Part shown: positions 56,969-64,000 of the stretch, piece by piece
Numbering within the stretch: the first letter of the stretch is position 1
Layout: every line of letters starts with the position of its first letter
Assembly (NCBI GenBank): GCA_030690305.1
Contig: JAUYHB010000006.1
Span: 5,668 to 69,667, forward strand
Direction: 5' to 3'
Length of the DNA stretch: 64,000 nt
From: a bacterium
GTDB taxonomy: Bacteria; Patescibacteriota; Minisyncoccia; Phycocordibacterales; JAGLPS01
Notes under the pieces: model-generated
Told to the model about the DNA's origin: nothing
Databases searched by the model: none
The model's input: only the letters and a program-made list of their open reading frames with translations
Position numbers and translations under genes: made by a program

Positions 56969-58309
56969 CTAAAGATTAAGCGGGTCTATCATGGTTTCCT
57001 GGATATTTTGGGCCTTTTGCATAACACCGTCGCCATAAAAGGCGTTTTGAGGTTTGTTCCAGTTTCCGCCCGCATAATATTTGAGAGCGGCTCTGCGCTC
57101 GGCGGTATACCCGCCTTCGGAAGCCCCCAAATCGGAAAGAAAGATTGCCGATGCCATAAAAGCATCACGGGGATCCCATGGATTAGGCACGCTTTTGCCA
57201 ATGGCAGCCGCTATGCGTGATTTATACATACTCCACGTAGAAGGAATAAACTGTGCCGGACCCATTGCTCCTCCCCACCCTCCTTGCCACGGACAAGATA
57301 AAGGCATCGAATCAGGGTCCAAACCGAGTTCTGCGGTAATTTGAAGAAACTTCGTTTCATCGTCGCGGTTTGATTTATCATTCGGTCCCGGCATAATCGC
57401 CCGCCAGTTTTTTTCAGGCGGGTCGCCGGGACGGTTGCACGTTCCGACATTTTGACCAAGGTTCGATTCCTGCGTCAGGATGGCAAGAAGAAAAGCAGGA
57501 CGGACACCGGTTTTTGCATATGCTTCGTTCGCATAATTGAGAGCTGTCCCGAACGGAATGGCTGCGGTATCACGCAGACTGAACAAGGCGGAACGGATTT
57601 GGGCGGCCCTTTTTTCACGCTCTTTAAGAACCGTTTCATAGGCCTTTTCCTGGTTTTTACTGATTGAGAGGAGGGCTTGTTTTTCGTTCTCTTTTTTCTC
57701 CACCAAGCGTTTGTCTGCTTCTATACCGGCTCTAATGTCTGTCTCTTTATCACGCCGGCTGCTTAATGTGTTTTTTTCGGTTTCCTGGATTATTTTTGTT
57801 GTCCGCAATTCCTCAAATCGTTCACTGAGAGACCGTTTAACCGAAGAATAGGCGTCGAGGTCTGAAAAAAAATCTGAGAAATTTTCTCCCGCAAGTATCA
57901 CCTCTGCAAGGGAAAAAGAATCTATTTCGTTTGTTTTTCTGACAAGTTCGGCAAGAGACTCTCGTCCTTGTTCAAGATGCTCTTCAAGCTCTTTTATCGT
58001 TGCTGTTTTGACAGTGATGTCTTTGCCTAATTGCTGAATAAGAATATTCTGCGCTCGTATGTTCAATTGCGCCTTTGTGATTTCGGCATTAAGAATGGCA
58101 ACATCACGTTCCAAAGAAACAGACTCTTTTTGTTTTTCACTCAAAATCCCCTGTTGTGCTTTGATCTCCGCCTCAAGAGAGGCCAGTTCCGCTCGCAACT
58201 TCGCCTCTTGGGCGGCAACCGCTTCGTCTACGGAAGTCTGCGCGGATGCCGGAAAAACAATTGCCAGGGAAAGAAACAGTGAAATAGAAATTAAACGAAA
58301 AAAATACAT
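56969..58309 (-). CDS. Secreted coiled-coil protein with a C-terminal lytic transglycosylase (MltB/Slt-like) domain.
   Basis: It has a signal peptide, a roughly 230 aa heptad-repeat region, and a C-terminal LLAILTQESNLGQ (catalytic Glu) plus GAMGPAQFIPSTW. Confidence 0.6.
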   Translation of the reverse strand: MYFFRLISISLFLSLAIVFPASAQTSVDEAVAAQEAKLRAELASLEAEIKAQQGILSEKQKESVSLERDVAILNAEITKAQLNIRAQNILIQQLGKDITVKTATIKELEEHLEQGRESLAELVRKTNEIDSFSLAEVILAGENFSDFFSDLDAYSSVKRSLSERFEELRTTKIIQETEKNTLSSRRDKETDIRAGIEADKRLVEKKENEKQALLSISKNQEKAYETVLKEREKRAAQIRSALFSLRDTAAIPFGTALNYANEAYAKTGVRPAFLLAILTQESNLGQNVGTCNRPGDPPEKNWRAIMPGPNDKSNRDDETKFLQITAELGLDPDSMPLSCPWQGGWGGAMGPAQFIPSTWSMYKSRIAAAIGKSVPNPWDPRDAFMASAIFLSDLGASEGGYTAERRAALKYYAGGNWNKPQNAFYGDGVMQKAQNIQETMIDPLNL

Positions 58310-58351
58310 AGACGTATGCCTATGTATTATACCGTATGGGAAAGAGAAAAC

Positions 58352-59050
58352 TTACCCTTTTTTGTCAGACTTTTTTTCGGACTTTTCGGCAACAGCCGGG
58401 GTTTCACCTTCAACGGCTTCTTCCTCGCCTTCCTTGGCTTCCTTTCCTTTCTTTTCAACTTCAATTTCTGAAATATCCATCGGGGTTTCTTCAATCACCT
58501 CTTCCTTGGGTTCATCCACGAGAACAATCACTTCTTCCGGGTTTTCTTGAAGGGTGACTCCGGCGGGAAGAACGATGTCTTTCGCGGTTATTTGGCTTCC
58601 AAAATTCGAAAGAGAAGAAATGTCGACTTCTATACTGTGCGGCAAATCTTTCGGAAGAGCTTCAATATGTACCTCATATAAGACCTTAACCAAGACGCCT
58701 CCGAGTTCCTTAACGGCAGTGGAAGTACCGACAAATTCAAGCGGTACATCAACGTCGATTTTTTTGCCTTTTTCAAAAACGTAAAAATCGGCGTGGCGGG
58801 GTAAGTCCGTTACCGGATCTATATCAATATCGTGTATGAGAGCTTCAAATTCCCCTTCGGGAGTTTTCACGGACACAACAGTGGACTCACCAGCATCCTT
58901 CCAAATGGAAAGAAATTGTTTCTGGGAAAGGGTAATTGGTGTTGAGGGTGTTTTCTTACCATACAGGACAGCCGGAATAAAACCCTTTTCTCTGAGAGTT
59001 TCATTTTTATCCGTTTTGATATTTCTTTTTTGTGCTTCCAACGTCAACAT
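58352..59050 (-). CDS. rplY: 50S ribosomal protein L25 / general stress protein Ctc, with an acidic C-terminal tail.
   Basis: It has REKGFIPAVLYGKK and the L25 beta-barrel followed by a Ctc domain. Confidence 0.88.
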   Translation of the reverse strand: MLTLEAQKRNIKTDKNETLREKGFIPAVLYGKKTPSTPITLSQKQFLSIWKDAGESTVVSVKTPEGEFEALIHDIDIDPVTDLPRHADFYVFEKGKKIDVDVPLEFVGTSTAVKELGGVLVKVLYEVHIEALPKDLPHSIEVDISSLSNFGSQITAKDIVLPAGVTLQENPEEVIVLVDEPKEEVIEETPMDISEIEVEKKGKEAKEGEEEAVEGETPAVAEKSEKKSDKKG

Positions 59051-59342
59051 AAATAAAAGATATGAATTTTTGCTGCCGTTACTCGCTTGGTCCGCCTTAA
59101 GCGGATTTCGCTGCGCTAGGCAATAATGGGGTTATTATAACGGGGAAATTGGAAATGTAAAGGACGTTCACAGTCTCTTTTCCAGAGTACGAATATTTTC
59201 CTACTGGAAAATTCCTCGAGCTCCCGCCAGCCGCAGTCGCTAGTCTCTGAAAAAGAAACTGCTCACTCTCACGAAAAGAGAGATTGCGTAAGATTTTCCA
59301 AAAGAGAATACTTACTTTGACTGGGAGGAAGACTGACAAAGA

Positions 59343-60986
59343 CTATATGTATACCAAATGCTGTTTGAGGTATTTGATTTCCCGCGCACCTTTTTTGCCG
59401 GGATTGAAAATATCAAGCGGGTCAAAGATAAGATTTGTCTCCTGAAAGAGCGCAAGTATCTTTTCGCCAAACATTTTTTTGAGATACGGCGTCCGTATGA
59501 TGCCATCGTTGTGCTCGGCCGTAATCGAACCCCCATACGCAAGGACCAAGTCATACACTTTTTCAGAAAGTTCAATCACAATTTTGTGATTTTCTTCCTT
59601 TTTCATATCCATTAAAGGGATGACGTGGAAGTTCCCGCTTCCCGCATGACCGGCAACGGTGTAGACAAGTTTGTAGTCATCGAGCAGTTTCATCAACTTA
59701 GGCCAAAATTCTGGAAGATGTTCCGGATTTACAACTATATCGTCAATAAATGCTGCGGTGCGTCTGCCATGGACATGCTGGCGTAAAAGATTGAAACTTT
59801 CCCGACGAATGGTCCAGTACTTCGATGCTTCTTCGGGAGAGCGGGTAATGTGGGTTTTGAGATGGAATTTTTTTATTTGCTCCTCGACTTTTTTAAGAGT
59901 TTCCTCAAGCTGGTCTTTATCATTGCCTGCAAATTCGGCCAGTACGACAAGTTTTGGCAGACCACCCGTTAAAACCATTCCGACTTCGGGAAGGAAACTT
60001 AATATAAACTTTAAGAAATTTTTTGCCTTCATTGATTTCCAGATTCCGGGAAGAAATCTGATTGCCAATTTAAGGGTGTGGTCGTCGTAGGATTCAAGGC
60101 TTTCAGGTTGGAATTTCAAAAGTTCATTTACCAGAGGCGCTACCGGTTTTAAATCGTTGAGGAAAATGACATAGAGAAGCGAGTGTTTTTTTGTCGGTAC
60201 GAGATTTAATGTCGCCTCCGTTACAATACCAAGTGTTCCTTGGGAACCGACAATTAAACGACAGAGATTGAATTTTTCTCCTTGCCACACATTCCACAGG
60301 TACAGACCCGAGGAATTTTTTTTAACCTTCGGTTTCGCCGCCATTATTGCTTCTTTATTCTGCTCAATCAGTTCATATATTTTTTTATATACATCGCCCT
60401 CAAAATCCCCCTGGCTCATTTTTCTTTGCAGTTCGTCTCTGGACAGTGGCCGCACTTCGTACTCATTGCCGTCCGCAAACACGACTTTAAGCGACTCTAT
60501 GTAATCTTCCATTTTTCCGTATACAAGTGTTTTCTCACCGGCACAATTATTCCCTATCATCCCGCCGATGGCGCAAAGATTTTTTGAGGCTGGGTAGCAC
60601 GGAAGCAACAAACCATGCTTAAAAGTTTCTTTTTCGAAGTCCCTATAAAATGTCCCTGGCAATACTTTAACCGTCCGAGTCACCGTATTAACCGAGGGGA
60701 CACCCGATATGTGTTTACTCACATCGGCGATAATCGATTCATTGAGCGGCCCGCCCGACATATCGGTCCCGGCCGCACGGACGGTTATTGAAAGGGTTGG
60801 GTCCTCTTTTCTGTGTTCGTTTACGAATCGCACAAGATTCTTTATGTCCTCCGTGTCTTTGGGAAATACGACCAGTTTTGGCCGTACATTGATAAGGCTT
60901 GTGTCTACACTGTACGTGGCGAGTGTTGCTTCATCCTGCAACACCTCTCCTTTAAAAAATTCTTTTATCTGTTTGGAATAATCCAT
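59343..60986 (-). CDS. FAD-linked oxidase (PCMH-type FAD-binding; GlcD / D-lactate dehydrogenase-like).
   Basis: It has an FAD_binding_4 N-terminus (VVFPKDTEDIKNLVRFVNEH...RAAGTDMSGG) and a C-terminal oxidase domain. Confidence 0.7.
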   Translation of the reverse strand: MDYSKQIKEFFKGEVLQDEATLATYSVDTSLINVRPKLVVFPKDTEDIKNLVRFVNEHRKEDPTLSITVRAAGTDMSGGPLNESIIADVSKHISGVPSVNTVTRTVKVLPGTFYRDFEKETFKHGLLLPCYPASKNLCAIGGMIGNNCAGEKTLVYGKMEDYIESLKVVFADGNEYEVRPLSRDELQRKMSQGDFEGDVYKKIYELIEQNKEAIMAAKPKVKKNSSGLYLWNVWQGEKFNLCRLIVGSQGTLGIVTEATLNLVPTKKHSLLYVIFLNDLKPVAPLVNELLKFQPESLESYDDHTLKLAIRFLPGIWKSMKAKNFLKFILSFLPEVGMVLTGGLPKLVVLAEFAGNDKDQLEETLKKVEEQIKKFHLKTHITRSPEEASKYWTIRRESFNLLRQHVHGRRTAAFIDDIVVNPEHLPEFWPKLMKLLDDYKLVYTVAGHAGSGNFHVIPLMDMKKEENHKIVIELSEKVYDLVLAYGGSITAEHNDGIIRTPYLKKMFGEKILALFQETNLIFDPLDIFNPGKKGAREIKYLKQHLVYI

Positions 60987-61055
60987 ATTATTTTGCTGTT
61001 AACGGTTCTCTTATTTTACCACGCATCCGCGCACCACCATGCTATAATTTTTTAT

Positions 61056-62054
61056 ATGTCAAAATCCTTTGACCTCATTGCTATCGGTGACGTGGTATCC
61101 GACGCGTTCATACGCATCAGGGACGCATCCGTCAATTGCGACCTCAACACAGAGCACTGCCTTCTTTCGTTTCGCTTCGGAGACAAGATTCCGTATGAAT
61201 TCGTGGAAGTTGTGCGAGCCGTGGGAAATAGCGCCAATGCCGTGGTGTCCGCCTCGCGGCTTGGTTTAAAAACCGCCTTTATATCCGATATCGGAAGCGA
61301 TGAGAACGGCGAAGGATGCCTTGAGGAGTTGAAGCAAAATGCCGTTGACACGACATATATCACCACTCACTCAGGAAGAGAAACAAATTACCACTATGTA
61401 CTATGGTACGAAGATGAACGAACCATCCTTGTTAAACACCAGGAGTATGAGTACGTTTTGCCGCAGTTTGAAACACCGAAATGGATTTATTTGAGTTCTC
61501 TTGCCGAAAATTCCCTGCCCTACCAGGAAGAAATTGCCGAATACCTTAAGGGACACCCTGAGGTTAAGCTTGTTTTTCAGCCCGGGACGTTTCAAATAAG
61601 ACTTGGATATAAAAAACTTCAAGAGTTGTATTCATTATCATATCTCTTTTTCTGCAACGTCGATGAAGCAAAACGAATACTGTCGCTTACGGAAGAAATC
61701 GAAATCTTTCCCCTATTGAAAAAAATGCGCGAATTGGGGCCAAAAATTATGGTAATCACCGACGGACGCAAGGGTGCATACGTTTATGATGGAGAGACCG
61801 CCTGGTTTATGCCCACCTACCCGGATCCCAAACCAGCCTACGAAAGAACCGGCGCGGGGGATGCATTCGCTTCTACATTCACAAGCGCTATGATATTGGG
61901 GAAAACTATACCGGAAGCGCTTTCATGGGCTCCTATAAATTCAATGTCGGTTGTGCAGGAAATCGGAGCTCAAAAAGGACTCTTGACCCGAGAGACTCTT
62001 GAAAATTATCTGAAAATTGCCCCCCCCGATTACGCACCCCGAAAAATCTCGTAA
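61056..62054 (+). CDS. PfkB-family carbohydrate/nucleoside kinase (ribokinase-like).
   Basis: It has an N-terminal IAIGDVVSD and the C-terminal GAGDAF signature. A TATAAT box lies 6 nt upstream of the ATG. Confidence 0.75.
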   Translation: MSKSFDLIAIGDVVSDAFIRIRDASVNCDLNTEHCLLSFRFGDKIPYEFVEVVRAVGNSANAVVSASRLGLKTAFISDIGSDENGEGCLEELKQNAVDTTYITTHSGRETNYHYVLWYEDERTILVKHQEYEYVLPQFETPKWIYLSSLAENSLPYQEEIAEYLKGHPEVKLVFQPGTFQIRLGYKKLQELYSLSYLFFCNVDEAKRILSLTEEIEIFPLLKKMRELGPKIMVITDGRKGAYVYDGETAWFMPTYPDPKPAYERTGAGDAFASTFTSAMILGKTIPEALSWAPINSMSVVQEIGAQKGLLTRETLENYLKIAPPDYAPRKIS

Positions 62055-62152
62055 AGAGAAAAACACTGCTTGACTCTACGTGTAAAATCTGTTTGTATAT
62101 ACATAGATTTCAATATCTTGGCTTGTTTAATTTGTAAAAAAGGAGGAGCGAA

Positions 62153-62506
62153 ATGTCGTTATCGTTTTTCTTGTGCTGTACAGGTGTAGTGATAGCCACT
62201 ATGGGTTTGTTGATAATGAAACTGTCTGACTTTATTGCAGAGAAAATAGAGTCTCGAAGCAATCTGAAGGGATTAGGGGAAGAAAGAATTAAAAAACTGC
62301 AAGACTATGTTGACTTTTGGGAAATTGATGTAAGGTCCGTAGTTGGAGCTCCTTTGTTCATTATAGGTGTCTTTTTGAGTTTAGGTGTTCTAATTGTAGT
62401 AGGCCGGGATGTTTTAGGACTTATAAGTTTTGTATTAGTGTCTTGTTTTTCTCCATTTCTTCTCGTTGGTCTTCTCGTTAGAAAGAAGTTAGCCGAGAAA
62501 ACATGA
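62153..62506 (+). CDS. Small three-TM membrane protein, hypothetical.
   Basis: It has a strong SD (aaggagg) and a clean terminator downstream. Confidence 0.5.
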   Translation: MSLSFFLCCTGVVIATMGLLIMKLSDFIAEKIESRSNLKGLGEERIKKLQDYVDFWEIDVRSVVGAPLFIIGVFLSLGVLIVVGRDVLGLISFVLVSCFSPFLLVGLLVRKKLAEKT

Positions 62507-62513
62507 TGTGTCA

Positions 62514-62549
62514 GACGACCTTTGCAAGTATTGCAAAGGTCGTTTTTTT
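62514..62549 (+). terminator. Intrinsic terminator.
   Basis: The hairpin is gacgacctttgcaa-gta-ttgcaaaggtcg followed by ttttttt. Confidence 0.75.
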
Positions 62550-62718
62550 AGTCATTACAATTAGTAATCAGTTATTCCGTGGACAACAAACTCATAACAA
62601 TTCTTACACAAGTGAAATTTTTTCACTTTGTTTTGTTCATCAGGTGGGCTCAAAAGAATTCCTCCAAACTCTTTAAGTTCTTGTTTGCACCTGTCGCAAC
62701 GAGGAGTGATTACCATTA

Positions 62719-63723
62719 TTATTTTTTACGCTTAATCACTTTGCGGACGGCTTTTATTATCGATTCGGTATCCATCCCATAATGCTTAATCAGCTCTTCG
62801 GGAGTGCCCGATTGACCGAAATGATCGTCGACGCCCACGAATTCAATAGGGACGGGATGATGTTTTGAAACGGATTCCGCAACAGCGCTCCCCATACCCC
62901 CGCGTATCTGGTGTTCTTCAACGGTAACAAGTGCGCCCGTTTCCTCAGCCAAAAGAGCGATACTGTCCTCATCAAGCGGTTTAACGGTTGAGAGGTTTAT
63001 TACTTTTACGTCAGCCCCCTCTTTCTCTTCAAGAAATTTTGCCGCCTGCAGCACGCTATGCAAAAGTGCTCCCGTCGCAACGATTCCGACAACGGCATCG
63101 TTTCCGTGTTTGGGGACAAAATAAGTTTGAGCGCGCCCAAGAATAAAGGGGGTTTCCTTGGTGGTGATAACGGGAGTTTTTTCGCGCGCAAGACGGATAT
63201 ACACCGGACCGTCAATCTGCGCCGCAATCAAAGTGGCCTTTTTCGCTTCCAGCGCATCGCACGGAGAAATAACGGTAAGACGAGGAATAACACGCGTTAA
63301 GGCAATGTCTTCTATTGCCTGGTGCGTACCGCCATCAGGACCCACCGATATGCCCGCGTGCGAGCCGGCAATTTTTACGTTGCGGTCGTTATAGCAGATA
63401 GTCGTTCTGATTTGTTCCCAATTTCGTCCAGGTGAAAACATTGCGTAGGAACTTATAAAAGGAATTTTTCCCATAGCCGCCATACCCGATGCGACGGTGG
63501 CAAGGTTTTGCTCCGCAACACCGATCTGAACAAATCGTTCGGGAAATTTATTTCTGAAAAAATGCATTTGAGTTGATTCCGTGAGGTCCGCGCACAAACC
63601 GACCACACGAGTGTCGGCTTCTCCCGCGGCTAAAAGTCCCTCTCCAAATCCTTTTCGGATGGGAATTTGTTCGACATCTTTATCGAACATTTTTACATTA
63701 AGTTTTAAATCGGGATTAAGCAT
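62719..63723 (-). CDS. Transketolase, C-terminal subunit (pyrimidine-binding plus C-terminal domains).
   Basis: It has GFGEGLLAAGE, VGPDGGTHQAIEDIA and the C-terminal domain. It is a separate ORF from the N-terminal half. Confidence 0.85.
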   Translation of the reverse strand: MLNPDLKLNVKMFDKDVEQIPIRKGFGEGLLAAGEADTRVVGLCADLTESTQMHFFRNKFPERFVQIGVAEQNLATVASGMAAMGKIPFISSYAMFSPGRNWEQIRTTICYNDRNVKIAGSHAGISVGPDGGTHQAIEDIALTRVIPRLTVISPCDALEAKKATLIAAQIDGPVYIRLAREKTPVITTKETPFILGRAQTYFVPKHGNDAVVGIVATGALLHSVLQAAKFLEEKEGADVKVINLSTVKPLDEDSIALLAEETGALVTVEEHQIRGGMGSAVAESVSKHHPVPIEFVGVDDHFGQSGTPEELIKHYGMDTESIIKAVRKVIKRKK

Positions 63724-63749
63724 TTTTATTTATAGTAAGCATAGCCGAA

Positions 63750-64000
63750 CTATTCGTGTTCACTGCGAATGCGCCCGCCGAGAGTACGAAGTTCCGCCAG
63801 CGCTTTTTGCGCCTCTTCTTTATTCGGCGGTTTTCCGTGCCATTCATACTTTCGTTCAAATTCGGCAACACCTTTTCCTGGAATTGTGTGAGCAATAATC
63901 ACACTGGGTTTTTCAAAAATGGCTTTGGCTTCGTTAACCGCGTCAATAATTTCTTCAAAGTTATGTCCATCGATTTCCAATACGTGCCAGTTCCACGCTT
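63750..64000 (-). CDS. Transketolase, N-terminal (TPP-binding) subunit. This is a 3' fragment; the gene starts beyond the window.
   Basis: Its C-terminal sequence ...IIAHTIPGKGVAEFERKYEWHGKPP matches the end of the transketolase TPP domain. The frame is open to the window edge. Confidence 0.7.
   Translation of the reverse strand, partial: AWNWHVLEIDGHNFEEIIDAVNEAKAIFEKPSVIIAHTIPGKGVAEFERKYEWHGKPPNKEEAQKALAELRTLGGRIRSEHE

Noticed and set aside
59051-59342. A 290-bp spacer upstream of rplY, checked for tRNA or other structured RNA.
   Set aside because: No cloverleaf or strong conserved hairpin was found. It is probably a promoter and leader region.
1-64000. CRISPR arrays, rRNA genes, IS elements and transposases.
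   Set aside because: There are no regularly spaced direct repeats, no 16S/23S/5S signature blocks, and no transposase or integrase-like ORFs anywhere in the window.

Overview
This 64-kb window is a gene-dense bacterial chromosomal segment of about 48% GC, made up mostly of core information-processing genes. The organism looks like it has a reduced, streamlined genome, judging from four inferred traits: short PheS, ThrS, EF-Ts and SMC proteins, a transketolase split into two genes, several fusion proteins, and many overlapping genes. I draw four conclusions about the organism and this locus. First, conserved blocks place it as an ordinary chromosomal region: a partial typA/bipA, a hisS-like gene, the macromolecular-synthesis operon dnaG-rpoD, rpoB-rpoC, a DEAD-box helicase, tgt, rpsP-khpA ... 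trmD, rnr, smc, rnc, a nusB-NUDIX fusion, rpmF, rnhB, dnaE, thrS, gyrB, pheST, rpsB-tsf, prfA, rpmE, rplY and a split tkt. One tRNA-Thr(UGU) is present. There are no rRNA genes, no CRISPR array and no obvious IS element. Second, two OMP-type beta-barrel-ending proteins, one of them a miniature YadA-like trimeric autotransporter with a collagen stalk, suggest a diderm envelope. Third, several accessory islets interrupt the core genes. One is an AT-rich patch after trmD that encodes a 2TM protein, a SLOG/DprA-like Rossmann protein, a 2H (LigT-like) phosphoesterase and a polytopic membrane protein; I read this as a candidate nucleotide-signal conflict or defence module. Another is a tandem array of three small paralogous proteins plus a Cys-rich protein and an OMP, inserted where rimM normally sits between khpA and trmD. 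A third is a glycan locus (GH130-like gene followed by a GT4 fusion), and a fourth is a processive GT2 synthase next to a CxxC thioredoxin-like membrane protein. Fourth, other oddities are a PheT carrying an embedded NlpC/P60 peptidase domain next to a C39-like peptidase, a HisRS lacking its anticodon-binding domain, and an RF1 with a PET tripeptide. All calls come from reading the translations and the sequence; no database search was run.
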